A stretch of DNA of 64,000 nt from positions 32,001 through 96,000 of IMG/VR virus record IMGVR_UViG_3300016476_001599. One strand, written 5' to 3'. A program made the translations under genes and the position numbers. The notes beneath the pieces are model-generated. The model saw only the letters and a list, made by a program, of their open reading frames with translations, ran no database searches and had not been told where the DNA came from. Source of the stretch: a virus. How positions within the stretch are numbered: position 1 is the stretch's first letter; every line of letters begins with the position of its first letter. Shown one piece after another: positions 39,251 to 48,510 of the stretch.

Positions 39251-39729
39251 CAGAGTTTATCGCACGCTTACAATTTGTTTCGCCTTGCCTGGGCAATGCT
39301 AAAGAACCCGGGTCGGGAAGGTTTTTGTTTAGTAGAAATCGCGAAGGAAAGATAGTTTTCTTGCCTGCTTGGCACAGATCGAACATGGTGATGGCAGCCA
39401 ATTTGATATCAGACTATCGCGAAGAAGTGCGACGTATTCTGTGGGGCATGGTGGTCGAGGTAGAGCTACGTGACAAACGCTGGCATCGAATTTACTATAC
39501 GAATGCTGCAGGCAGGGAACGTTACTCTGTTCACGAGTCAATCGCTGCGGGCCAGTTGGCAGAAATAAGCCTTTCGCTTCCTGAGAACCTGCCGGTCGAT
39601 GCTTTTTCGCGTTTGCTGGGAGTTGCAGGTAAGCACAAAGGCCTATCACCGTGGCAACCCGGCACGTATGGTCACTACAGGGTTGTTGACGTGTTTGCGA
39701 GACCGACTCTGTTTACGGATAGTGAATAA
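39247..39729 (+). CDS. Minimal RAMP-superfamily-like (Cas7/Csm3-like) protein
   Basis: FIARLQFVSPCLG first strand, HESI..G...EISL, G-rich loop AG.HKGLSPWQPGTYGHYRV. Confidence 0.55.
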   Translation: MTEFIARLQFVSPCLGNAKEPGSGRFLFSRNREGKIVFLPAWHRSNMVMAANLISDYREEVRRILWGMVVEVELRDKRWHRIYYTNAAGRERYSVHESIAAGQLAEISLSLPENLPVDAFSRLLGVAGKHKGLSPWQPGTYGHYRVVDVFARPTLFTDSE

Positions 39730-39760
39730 AAAACCACCCGAGTTGTGACCCTCGGGTGGT
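39728..39760 (-). terminator. Intrinsic terminator oriented for a minus-strand transcript (may be bidirectional)
   Basis: Perfect 10-bp stem ACCACCCGAG/CTCGGGTGGT; A6 on its left side (U6 on the minus strand), no T run on the right. Confidence 0.7.
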
Positions 39761-39833
39761 AATTGGCTTAGCTGTCGTCGTTGCAGCTGATTCCATTTTA
39801 GCCGAAACCCTTTTACTTACAATGGGACACAGG

Positions 39834-41369
39834 ATGGGTAAAGAAGTTGTTTTGATAAAAAACGGGAACATTTTGCTTGTGGACCCGGGCGTTGTAGACC
39901 CGAAAATAGTGGAGATTCTGGGGCCCAAACTTAGTTTCGAGTCGTTCCGTAAGCTGGTCGGTCGTGAACTGTACGACGCAAAAAGAAACGGTTTAAAGAC
40001 CTTCGCTATTGATCGGCACATTCTTTTCGAGCTTGATTTCAAAGGGAGAGTTGCAGCTCCGTTTGGTTTTTGGAAGACTGTGTCGGATACATTGAAGTCT
40101 GCAGGATATGCCGTTCGTTATCACGACAACACCCCGACTGTCGTGAATCAGCAGCACAAGGCAGCAAAAAACAAAGCGTTACGTTTCGAGATATTCATGG
40201 ACAACATCGCGGATTATCAGTTGCGGGATCATCAGCCTGAGTTTTTGAACGCGATCATTAAAAACAGCTGTGGTCGTATAGACTGCGCACCTGGCTTCGG
40301 TAAATCGTTTATGATTGGAATCGTGGCTTCCGTTTTTCCGCGGGCAAGAATAGACGTCGTGTCCAAGCGGGTAGCTGTTTTGAGGGACAGAATTTATCCG
40401 GAGCTGACTTCTATGGTCGGCGATGTGGGTATCGTGGGCGGCGGAAAAAGCATTAAAGACCGCCGAGTGATGTGCTACACGGCTAACTCGTTGAAGCACA
40501 GCAAGGCGGATGCGGACATACTGATCGGTGACGAGTGTCACGAGCTTGCTGCGGATAAAGCGTCGGAAGAGCTGATACGCTATCAGGACAGTCGAAATTA
40601 CGGCCTGTCGGCTAGCCATGACGTTCGTTACGACAACAAGGACTTACGGTTAGAAGGTATATTCGGTCCCATTATTTACCGTGTTCCGTACCAGACGGCG
40701 CAAGGCTCAGGGCTTGTTGTGCCCATCGAAATACGGTGGACAAACGTCAAATTAGACTACAATCCTTGTGCAGGCGTAGACACAGACGACTCGGTAAAGC
40801 GTAAACGCTTCGGTATTTGGACTAACGAGCTGCGTAACATGGCTATCGCCAATGACGCGAGATCTTACGACAAGGAAACGCAGGTTCTAATCACGGTCGA
40901 CACAATTACTCACGCTTTTCACCTGAAGAAGCTGTTACCTGAATTTACACTGGTGTACGCTGACGAGGGTCTTACGCCCGAGGAGTTGCAGAACTACAAG
41001 CGGCAGAAGTTTTGTTCTGCAACGGAGCCGCTGATGGATTTCGCGAGGAAAAAAATGTTGACGCAAAAATTCGAGAAAGGCGAGCTCAAGAAAGTGATCG
41101 CGACAACGGTTTGGAATGTTGGTGTTTCTTTCAATAACTTGGCTGTGCTTGTCCGAGGTAATGGCGGCAGCAGTGCGATCGACAGCACGCAGATTCCTGG
41201 CCGAGTAAGTCGCATTGCGGAGGGTAAAACTTTCGGTATTATCCACGACTACCTTGACGGGTGGGATAAAGGCTTTGACCGCCAAACCAGAGGGCGGCTT
41301 AAGGTTTATCGCCAACACGGTTGGGTGCAGAAATTTCCTGACTCGCAGCTTGAAAGGCTCTATTCTTGA
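39834..41369 (+). CDS. Superfamily 2 DExH helicase (UvsW/XPB-like)
   Basis: APGFGKS, DECH, SAS, QIPGRVSR; start at 39822 or 39834. Confidence 0.88.
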   Translation: MGKEVVLIKNGNILLVDPGVVDPKIVEILGPKLSFESFRKLVGRELYDAKRNGLKTFAIDRHILFELDFKGRVAAPFGFWKTVSDTLKSAGYAVRYHDNTPTVVNQQHKAAKNKALRFEIFMDNIADYQLRDHQPEFLNAIIKNSCGRIDCAPGFGKSFMIGIVASVFPRARIDVVSKRVAVLRDRIYPELTSMVGDVGIVGGGKSIKDRRVMCYTANSLKHSKADADILIGDECHELAADKASEELIRYQDSRNYGLSASHDVRYDNKDLRLEGIFGPIIYRVPYQTAQGSGLVVPIEIRWTNVKLDYNPCAGVDTDDSVKRKRFGIWTNELRNMAIANDARSYDKETQVLITVDTITHAFHLKKLLPEFTLVYADEGLTPEELQNYKRQKFCSATEPLMDFARKKMLTQKFEKGELKKVIATTVWNVGVSFNNLAVLVRGNGGSSAIDSTQIPGRVSRIAEGKTFGIIHDYLDGWDKGFDRQTRGRLKVYRQHGWVQKFPDSQLERLYS

Positions 41370-42163
41370 TGTTTTCAAAGCCTCCAAAACCCTCAAACAG
41401 ATCTAAGGCCGTTCCCGCCGCAAACGCTTCAAACGACAACCTTTCAGGGCATGTTTTGCTGTTCAAGCGGACGTATATCTTAGAGCGTCGAGTCTTAGAC
41501 ATGTGTCGATCAGAGGGCGACGCTCCTGTGTACAAGCCTGCGGCCAGTCTTGACGGTGGTAAACGCTACAACACGCCGGAAGAGAAAGAGAAGCAGAACA
41601 GCTGGGAATCGGCTTACCGTGCAGTTGCTGCCATCTGTAAGCCTGCCACGCCGATCGAGTACGTGCGTATATTGTTCAACTCGCTACGGTCTAGTTCGTT
41701 GGCGACTCCGACTGTGTTGCAGTTGGCTTCGGCGGCTAACGCACAAATTGTGCGAGACTACGCAAAAGACGCATTTAAACGACTTCAGTCGAGTTTTATA
41801 ACGGATTCGGCTAGAGCTAAAACGGAAATACTTTTGCGGCTGGGGGGAAAATCCGGGACTAGGCAGGCTACGTTTACGGCGATATATTGCACCCTGCTGG
41901 ATGCACGTTTGGGTCTATCCCCGCTTTACCGTTATTGTTTAGCGACGGATGCACTTAAAAAAGCACAGGACGAGCGTAAAGCTGGTGTGAACATGGATTT
42001 TAGAATTTCGCGTATGGAAACCTACGTGAAAGACTTGGAATTCTTGGCAGCTTTCGACTATACCGTTTTTCCGGAAATTTACAGTTCGGTTTACGGAAGT
42101 AGTTTGCCGTCTGGGTTTAAAGAATTGGCTTTGTCCTTGGTGGATTCCGCCCGGGACGTTTAA
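41366..42163 (+). CDS. Hypothetical protein in the replication module
   Basis: 265 aa; coupled to the helicase. Confidence 0.65.
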   Translation: MMFSKPPKPSNRSKAVPAANASNDNLSGHVLLFKRTYILERRVLDMCRSEGDAPVYKPAASLDGGKRYNTPEEKEKQNSWESAYRAVAAICKPATPIEYVRILFNSLRSSSLATPTVLQLASAANAQIVRDYAKDAFKRLQSSFITDSARAKTEILLRLGGKSGTRQATFTAIYCTLLDARLGLSPLYRYCLATDALKKAQDERKAGVNMDFRISRMETYVKDLEFLAAFDYTVFPEIYSSVYGSSLPSGFKELALSLVDSARDV

Positions 42164-42174
42164 AGGAAATCGTC

Positions 42175-43869
42175 ATGAGTGGGCAGCAAAAAGTGCTGTC
42201 AGAAGCTCATTTGAAACTCTTTTTGGCTGTCTTGTTTCGCAACGAGCAAGTATTCGAGAGTTTCAAATCAAGCCTGACAGCGAGTCATTTTGACTTTGCA
42301 GGGTATCAACTGCTCTACAAGGTTGTTTGGGATTATTTTAATGAAAATCAATGTCTTCCAGATTTGTCGCAGATCAACGCGGACATTGCCAGCTACATCG
42401 AGAATGAATACTTCTCGCTGGACGATGCCGAGTACGACGCGTTAGACGATTTTTTGTACTACGCTTTCGACCCTGGCCTGTTCAAAGAACCGGACGGACC
42501 GAAAAGCGTCAAGGCGGAAAATTTCGCTTTTAACTTTGCGACTAAGTTTTTGCTGGAGCAGCAAAAACGAGCCGCTATTTCTCAGCTAAGTGACCTCAGC
42601 GACGTTGGTCAATTGCCGGCTATTTTCCAACAGGCTACAGCTCAAACCGAGTCGTTGATGGGTTTGTCGGTTTCCGGAGGCAGAAACCTGACGCTTCCGG
42701 TTGGTTGGGATAAAAGGGCCGGTGTCTACTTAGAGTCATGCGGTGTCAGTTTCTTGGATACCTTTCTCGAGGGTGGAACTGCTCCGGGCGAAGTTTATGG
42801 CGTGCTGGCGCCATTCGGATCCTACAAGACTACTTTGGCTGTGATGCTTTGGTACGCTGCAGCCGAGCAAGCGTGTAGCAAGTACTTGAGCGGAGAGTCG
42901 AACGGTAAAAAGGGTTTGTCGGTTCTCGTGTCTTACGAGGCTCCGTTGCAGGACGAGTTGAGGGATCGTCTGCTGATGTATGCAGCGAGGATTTCCCGGA
43001 CGCGTCTTCAAGCCATGGGTACGAACGGTGTTTCTATATTTGGAGTCGACCCGGAGTCGCCGCAAGATTACGAAAAGATTCTTTTTAAAGAGCAGATAGC
43101 GAATGGTGTTTTTGAGCCGGAGATGCAGCGTTATGAACGAGTTTTGCCGGTCGTTAACGAGCACACAGTTTGTCTTGATTTCACCGGTAGGCACGAGAAA
43201 TTTAAGACGGCGGGTAACCGCGGCGTGTCGGAAATTGTGTCGGCCATAAAAGCGGAATTAAAGAGGTGCGGGCCGGATTATTATATCTCGACTGTAATCG
43301 TTGATTACGTTGGTCTCATGGTTCAAAGGGATGTGACGGTTGATCCCAAGGAAAAACAACGTGAGGACAAGTTGTATCAGCTCGCAGGATTGCAGCTTGT
43401 CAATCGGGTGGCTATGCCTTTCAACACGCCGGTTTGGGCATTTCACCAGCTTTCTGGTGAAGCGAATGCCGTTTTGAATCCGGCAAAAAGGATGGATCAC
43501 ACGCAAGCGAAAGGTTCGAAAAGCTTTGCCGAGAACCTTGCGTTTTGTTTTGTAGGTGGACGTTTAAACGACGATTACATGGGTCAACTTTGTTGCTCTA
43601 AGCATCGTCGCGCGGGCCAGCACAATCCTGTTTTGTTGAAAGTTGACGGTTCGTTCAACATGGTTACGGCCCCGGAAGGCTACACTATTGATCGGCTTGG
43701 AAAAATTGTCCGGAAAGACAGCTTAGGCGCTTCAACCATCTTGTCACCAGACGTCTTTAATGTAGTTCCAGGTATGGCTGCATCCGATGCCGATCCTTTT
43801 TCCGACTACGATGAAGAAAGTAATATGGATTATGCTTCGGAGCAAATTTCAAATTTAAGCGAAGAATAG
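42175..43869 (+). CDS. DnaB-like replicative helicase
   Basis: FLD.FLEGGTAPGEV, APFGSYKTT, SYE, IVDY, HQL; immediately upstream of primase. Confidence 0.75.
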   Translation: MSGQQKVLSEAHLKLFLAVLFRNEQVFESFKSSLTASHFDFAGYQLLYKVVWDYFNENQCLPDLSQINADIASYIENEYFSLDDAEYDALDDFLYYAFDPGLFKEPDGPKSVKAENFAFNFATKFLLEQQKRAAISQLSDLSDVGQLPAIFQQATAQTESLMGLSVSGGRNLTLPVGWDKRAGVYLESCGVSFLDTFLEGGTAPGEVYGVLAPFGSYKTTLAVMLWYAAAEQACSKYLSGESNGKKGLSVLVSYEAPLQDELRDRLLMYAARISRTRLQAMGTNGVSIFGVDPESPQDYEKILFKEQIANGVFEPEMQRYERVLPVVNEHTVCLDFTGRHEKFKTAGNRGVSEIVSAIKAELKRCGPDYYISTVIVDYVGLMVQRDVTVDPKEKQREDKLYQLAGLQLVNRVAMPFNTPVWAFHQLSGEANAVLNPAKRMDHTQAKGSKSFAENLAFCFVGGRLNDDYMGQLCCSKHRRAGQHNPVLLKVDGSFNMVTAPEGYTIDRLGKIVRKDSLGASTILSPDVFNVVPGMAASDADPFSDYDEESNMDYASEQISNLSEE

Positions 43870-43890
43870 TCGCAGAAAAGGGTAAACTCA

Positions 43891-44991
43891 GTGACAGACA
43901 ACAAACCCTTGAACGTGTTGCTTTATAATCGAATCAAAGCGACGTTTAAGAACGTCAGAATAAGCCATCAAAACGAGAAGCAAGAAAGAAAGCTACGAAT
44001 TGATTTTCTTACTAACCGCGAAATGATCGACATACGGAACTGGGGAGAGTCTTATTCCGTTTGCTGTCCTTTCTGCAATGATACTCGTTTCCGTTGCGTG
44101 ATAAATCACAGATACGGGACGGTTGACGAGCATAACCGGGTTCAATCCAGACTCGTAGTTTGTTTTAACGCCGGTTGTCCGTTGGCGTTGAAAAACCCGG
44201 AATGCTATGACCGTCTTGAGCAGATGCTTACAGGGCGAAAACTTTTTGACCTTGCTAAAGCGGAGATAGCTGTCGGCAGCGCGTTGAACATTGATAATTT
44301 CAGGATGAATTGGCCCGGTGATGTCATTCGTGTCGACAAGCTTCCGGACGATCATCCGGCGACCTTGTGGCTTGCGGGAGTGCGAGGTTTCAACGTAAAG
44401 CGACTGGGAACATATTACAACGTTCACTGGTGTGACAAAAGCAAGCATGCTTTGTGCAGGGACCGAATCGTCATACCGATTTACATGAACAAGAAGATGG
44501 TAGGTTTTCAAACAAGGCCTCCGTACGATACGGACTGGAAATTGGCAAGCGTTCCAAAGTACTACACCGCAAAGGGTACGCCCAAAAGACAGATAATTTA
44601 CAACCTGGGGAATATGATGAAATGCGAGACCGGAATCGTTGTAGAGGGGGTTACGAGCGTTTGGCGGGGCGGTGATCAGTTCGGTGCGATACTCGGTTCA
44701 GCTGTGACGCCGGCTCAATATGATTTGCTTGTAAAACACTTTAAAGACCATTCTGTTGTTTTGCTGCTAGACCCGGATGTTTTTCTGGAAAGCGCGAAGC
44801 GTAAGGTTTTGGACAGCTTGATGACGGTGGAAAAACGATTGAAGTCTGATTTGAAAGGCGGTTGCTGTTCGGTTTGGTTACCGGAGGGAACCGACCCGGC
44901 AGATTTTGACCCGGCTTTCCTTAGGGAATATATCGCTAATGCGGCGGCTGAGCAGGGTGTCACAGTTTCGTGGAGGAAACGCAATGGCTAG
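43891..44991 (+). CDS. DNA primase (zinc finger + TOPRIM)
   Basis: CPFCND, RIVIPI, PKYY, VVEG, LDPD, DPAD. Confidence 0.85.
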   Translation: MTDNKPLNVLLYNRIKATFKNVRISHQNEKQERKLRIDFLTNREMIDIRNWGESYSVCCPFCNDTRFRCVINHRYGTVDEHNRVQSRLVVCFNAGCPLALKNPECYDRLEQMLTGRKLFDLAKAEIAVGSALNIDNFRMNWPGDVIRVDKLPDDHPATLWLAGVRGFNVKRLGTYYNVHWCDKSKHALCRDRIVIPIYMNKKMVGFQTRPPYDTDWKLASVPKYYTAKGTPKRQIIYNLGNMMKCETGIVVEGVTSVWRGGDQFGAILGSAVTPAQYDLLVKHFKDHSVVLLLDPDVFLESAKRKVLDSLMTVEKRLKSDLKGGCCSVWLPEGTDPADFDPAFLREYIANAAAEQGVTVSWRKRNG

Positions 44992-47900
44992 AAAAATAGA
45001 AAAGCTCGGCGGTATTGTTAGTTCTTCCGGCAAGTTAAGCGTGGCCGAACAAAGAACCAAGCTGGCACATTTGGAAAAAATATTGAAGGGGTCGGAGATT
45101 TACGGGTTAGACTCGCCAGGTCTGCCTACGTTGTATGGTGGAAGCGCCTTTCTACAGTACGCGCAGGCAAAAGGCGACGACAGCGATTCTTTCATGTATG
45201 ATCTCGTAAGGGCCGCTCTCCGCGACAGTTCGTTTGTTTTGCCGGTTGAAACTGCGGCGCATCAGACGAAAGATGCTAAGTTCTTGCCGGGCCATTTGTG
45301 GGGTTCTACCGTAGAAGGGCCCAGGCGAGCCAAGATCATGATCATTAACAAAAACCCTTGGGTTTTGTCGATGAAAAACGGTCGTTGTTTCGCCGACGAA
45401 GACGGAAAAATCCTCATGGATATTTTTGCAAGTTGCAAAATGACGAACATTGGAAACATTTACGTCACGCATCTTGTGAAATTTATGCCGCCAAACGGCA
45501 AGACAACGTTTAGAGCCCAGTGGGTTAAAGACGGCGCCTATCTTCTGGCGCACGAGATAAAAATCGTGCAACCGGATTATATTTTGTGTCTGGGGACCGA
45601 CGCCAGCAAAGCACTGCTGGGAGACGGTCATGGTGTTAACGACATGCTGGGCAAGGTCGTTAAATACCGTTACAACATAGCGCTGGACGCAAGGGACGCA
45701 GAATCGAGCTGGCTTGAAGCGAGTGTGATGACCGTAGTTCATCCGCGTCAAACTGCGAGGGACCAGTCGGCCATTCGCGCGTTGGAGAACGGGCTAGCCT
45801 CTTTCGTCAATTTGACGCAGGGTAAAAGCATTAGCTTCGACACTAATGTAGATCACAACGTTGTTTCTTCGTTCGACGAATTGATTTACTATTTCTCGGA
45901 AATCGACAAAGATTACGACCCGGTCGAGGAGGTTATTTCGGTTGACGCAGAGTGGAACGGACAGCATCCAATTAACGAAGGTTCGTACATGCGAACAATT
46001 CAGCTCGCATGGAAACCTGGCAAGGCTATTGGTATCATTCTGCATCTTGCAGGAGGTGCCGTTAATCCGGACATTGATGCTAAAAACAATTCCGAGGTTA
46101 CGGCATTGTTTAATGCTTTTTTCAAAGGAGGCAGTGTAACAGTCACGCGGGAAGACGGTTCGGAAGCTGTTCTGAAGTTCAAACGTAAGCGTGTGGTCGG
46201 TCACTTTTTCAACGCTGACTTGGAGTGGCTTGTCGACTATGGGATAGATATTCAGGAGTGTTTTTCGTGCAAGCTCTACGACTTGGTCCTGCCGAGTTCT
46301 GACGCTGTACCTAAAGCATCAAAGCGACTCTTTAATTGCTATCTTGAAGACGGATTTAAGCCGGGAGAAACTGTTCCAGCGTGGTATCGTACGAAGTACG
46401 AGGGCGGGGCAGACACTGGCTTAATGTGCCACGCAATAGAGGAGACGGCTAACTATAAGTTGGAGCTTCTTGCGGCCAGGTATCTTAATTCCCATAGGTA
46501 CGACGCGGAGTTGCAAGAGTGGAAGACGAGCTACTGTAAACAAAAAGGGCTGTCCTCCGAGTCACTTGAAGGTTACGGCGAATGTCCGGACAATGTTCTA
46601 CTGCCTTACGGCATGTGGGACGCGGATGTTACGCTTCGTCTTTACTACAAGTTTAACCCGCTGCTGGATAGCGATTACGACGGTAACTGTTGCAGGGAAG
46701 CTTTCTGGGAGGCTCAAATTGCAACGCCGGCTGTGCTTGACATCCACCGCAGCGGTATGACTCTTGACAGATCGCGTGTCGATTTTTTGACGGTTCAATT
46801 TATCGACGGTCGAACCGCTTTAGAAACCAAGATACGCGAAAGCTTAAATTGGCCGGACTTCAATATTCGGTCATTAACGCAGGTCCGAGAGGTTCTTTTC
46901 GGGCACCTGCTTAACGGCAAGCGTGATCCTGAAACAGGTGGTCCCGTTCGCGTGCGACCAGCCGATGCAATTTCTTTAAACCTTATGCCGCTTTACGATA
47001 CAAGTAAACCGCCAAAGCCATGGGAAGAAATTCGGCAGAAAAACGTTGAAAGTCAGCACAGTCCTTGTACTAGCAAACAAGTTTTGTCCATCTTGGTGCA
47101 GACAGTTTCCGACGCGAAAGCGAGAGAAGTGCTTGGTATGCTGCGAGATCACCGTTTTCTTGATCAAGCGCTGAAAACGGTTTTAAGGCCGCCGAACACC
47201 GACCCGTGTACGCACGAAACCTGTTATGACGAGGATGGCAACATGGAGTATGCCAAAGGTCTCGCCGCCTCTTGCTGTTCTGATGGAAAAATTAGGACGC
47301 ACATATATCAAACGAAGGAGACCGGAAGGTGGTCGAGCGCTAGGCCCAATTTGACGAACATATCGAAAAAGCGGGACAAGGACTTTAAACGCATTCTGGG
47401 CAGCAAGTACAAGTACAAACTGCGAAGTATCTTGAAAGCCTCTCCGGGCCATGTGTTTGTTGAAGCGGACTATGTTGGTGCAGAGCTTTTCGGTATGGCG
47501 GTTATGTCTGGCGACACGGCTATGATCGAGCATGCGAGGCGTAACCAGTTGGAGGACACGCACCCTAATTACTATGACATTCACTCGAATGTGGCAGTTA
47601 ACGCCTTCAAGCTGAAATGCCCTCCGACCAAAAAAGGACTGGAACAGATCAAAAAGGACCACCTTCGCAACGTGGCAAAGTCTGTTATCTTCGGCATAGC
47701 TTACGGTAGAGGCGCAAAGGCTATTTCGGTGGGTGCTAAGGAAGAAGGTATCGATATCTCGGTAGACGAGGCAAAGGCGGTTATTAAGACCATTTTTGCA
47801 ACGTACCCGAAACTCGTACCTTTTTTCGAGGGTTGCAAGGAGCGTGCACGCGGTTACTACCTGGATAGCAATCATCAACCTGTTCCCGTGCCGCGATACC

Positions 47901-48505
47901 TGTGCAACTGTTTTGGGCGATTTAGGCGTTTTCCGGATAGCTTCGGCGCCAGCGATTTGGAATCCGAGTTTGAACGGCAAGCTATGAACTTCCCGATTCA
48001 AAGCATGATCGCCTCGGTGGCGAGCAGAGCCGTCGGTTACTTGATCGACTACAGGAACAAACAGATCAAGCTTGGTCATAATATGTTCAAGCTGCTTCTG
48101 CAAATCCATGACGCACTAATCTTGGAGGTTCCGTATCGCTACGTTAAACACGTGTGCGAGTATGTCATTCCTACGTACATGCGAAAAGCCGTCCCGATTT
48201 TCCCAACGCACATTAGCGGTGCGCTCGAGGGTGAGCCTACAGGTGCAGGTCCCTTTTATCTTGGTATCGAGGGGGAGGTGACTACGAACTGGGGCGAGCG
48301 TATATTTGACGCGGACGCTAAAAGACTTGGTTTGCCTGTAGGGCGTGGCGTTGTAGATGGCTGCGTTGTGCACTATAGTCAAACGCCGAAAGCGGGCGAA
48401 GAGCGATCGGTCGTAGACGTCTCGAAACCTCGTGCTAAGCGAGACATAACGCCTCCAGATCCGTATGTACCTGGGAAGTTCAAGGCATCAAAACGTAGGC
48501 GATAA
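44984..48505 (+). CDS. polA: Family A DNA polymerase with N-terminal UDG-like domain and 3'-5' exonuclease
   Basis: Exo DAE / HFFNAD / YGMWD; TGRWSS; motif A DYVGAE, motif B RNVAKSVIFGIAYG, motif C QIHD; UDG-like YVTHLVK, EIKIVQP..ILCLG, HP. Confidence 0.92.
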   Translation: MARKIEKLGGIVSSSGKLSVAEQRTKLAHLEKILKGSEIYGLDSPGLPTLYGGSAFLQYAQAKGDDSDSFMYDLVRAALRDSSFVLPVETAAHQTKDAKFLPGHLWGSTVEGPRRAKIMIINKNPWVLSMKNGRCFADEDGKILMDIFASCKMTNIGNIYVTHLVKFMPPNGKTTFRAQWVKDGAYLLAHEIKIVQPDYILCLGTDASKALLGDGHGVNDMLGKVVKYRYNIALDARDAESSWLEASVMTVVHPRQTARDQSAIRALENGLASFVNLTQGKSISFDTNVDHNVVSSFDELIYYFSEIDKDYDPVEEVISVDAEWNGQHPINEGSYMRTIQLAWKPGKAIGIILHLAGGAVNPDIDAKNNSEVTALFNAFFKGGSVTVTREDGSEAVLKFKRKRVVGHFFNADLEWLVDYGIDIQECFSCKLYDLVLPSSDAVPKASKRLFNCYLEDGFKPGETVPAWYRTKYEGGADTGLMCHAIEETANYKLELLAARYLNSHRYDAELQEWKTSYCKQKGLSSESLEGYGECPDNVLLPYGMWDADVTLRLYYKFNPLLDSDYDGNCCREAFWEAQIATPAVLDIHRSGMTLDRSRVDFLTVQFIDGRTALETKIRESLNWPDFNIRSLTQVREVLFGHLLNGKRDPETGGPVRVRPADAISLNLMPLYDTSKPPKPWEEIRQKNVESQHSPCTSKQVLSILVQTVSDAKAREVLGMLRDHRFLDQALKTVLRPPNTDPCTHETCYDEDGNMEYAKGLAASCCSDGKIRTHIYQTKETGRWSSARPNLTNISKKRDKDFKRILGSKYKYKLRSILKASPGHVFVEADYVGAELFGMAVMSGDTAMIEHARRNQLEDTHPNYYDIHSNVAVNAFKLKCPPTKKGLEQIKKDHLRNVAKSVIFGIAYGRGAKAISVGAKEEGIDISVDEAKAVIKTIFATYPKLVPFFEGCKERARGYYLDSNHQPVPVPRYLCNCFGRFRRFPDSFGASDLESEFERQAMNFPIQSMIASVASRAVGYLIDYRNKQIKLGHNMFKLLLQIHDALILEVPYRYVKHVCEYVIPTYMRKAVPIFPTHISGALEGEPTGAGPFYLGIEGEVTTNWGERIFDADAKRLGLPVGRGVVDGCVVHYSQTPKAGEERSVVDVSKPRAKRDITPPDPYVPGKFKASKRRR

Positions 48506-48510
48506 ATAGA

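Noticed and set aside
39761-39800. tmRNA tag-like sequence on the minus strand (GCAACGACGACAGCTAA)
   Set aside because: Only superficial similarity; no tRNA-like ends or ALAA-type tag
39713-40042. Minus-strand 109-aa ORF as the transcript using the orphan terminator
   Set aside because: It is antisense to the helicase, reads through the hairpin itself, and has no recognisable features
35189-41369. Canonical CRISPR-Cas locus (RAMP plus helicase as Cas3/DinG)
   Set aside because: No array, cas1/cas2, large subunit or HD domain seen; the helicase looks like an ordinary phage SF2 enzyme
47183-48109. Long antisense ORFs (also 31073-32011, 26958-27800, 50274-50900)
   Set aside because: They lie opposite well-supported + strand genes and have no recognisable motifs
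44984-48505. Intein or intron in the long polymerase
   Set aside because: Length is explained by the UDG-like domain and short insertions; no intein splice motifs or LAGLIDADG blocks seen
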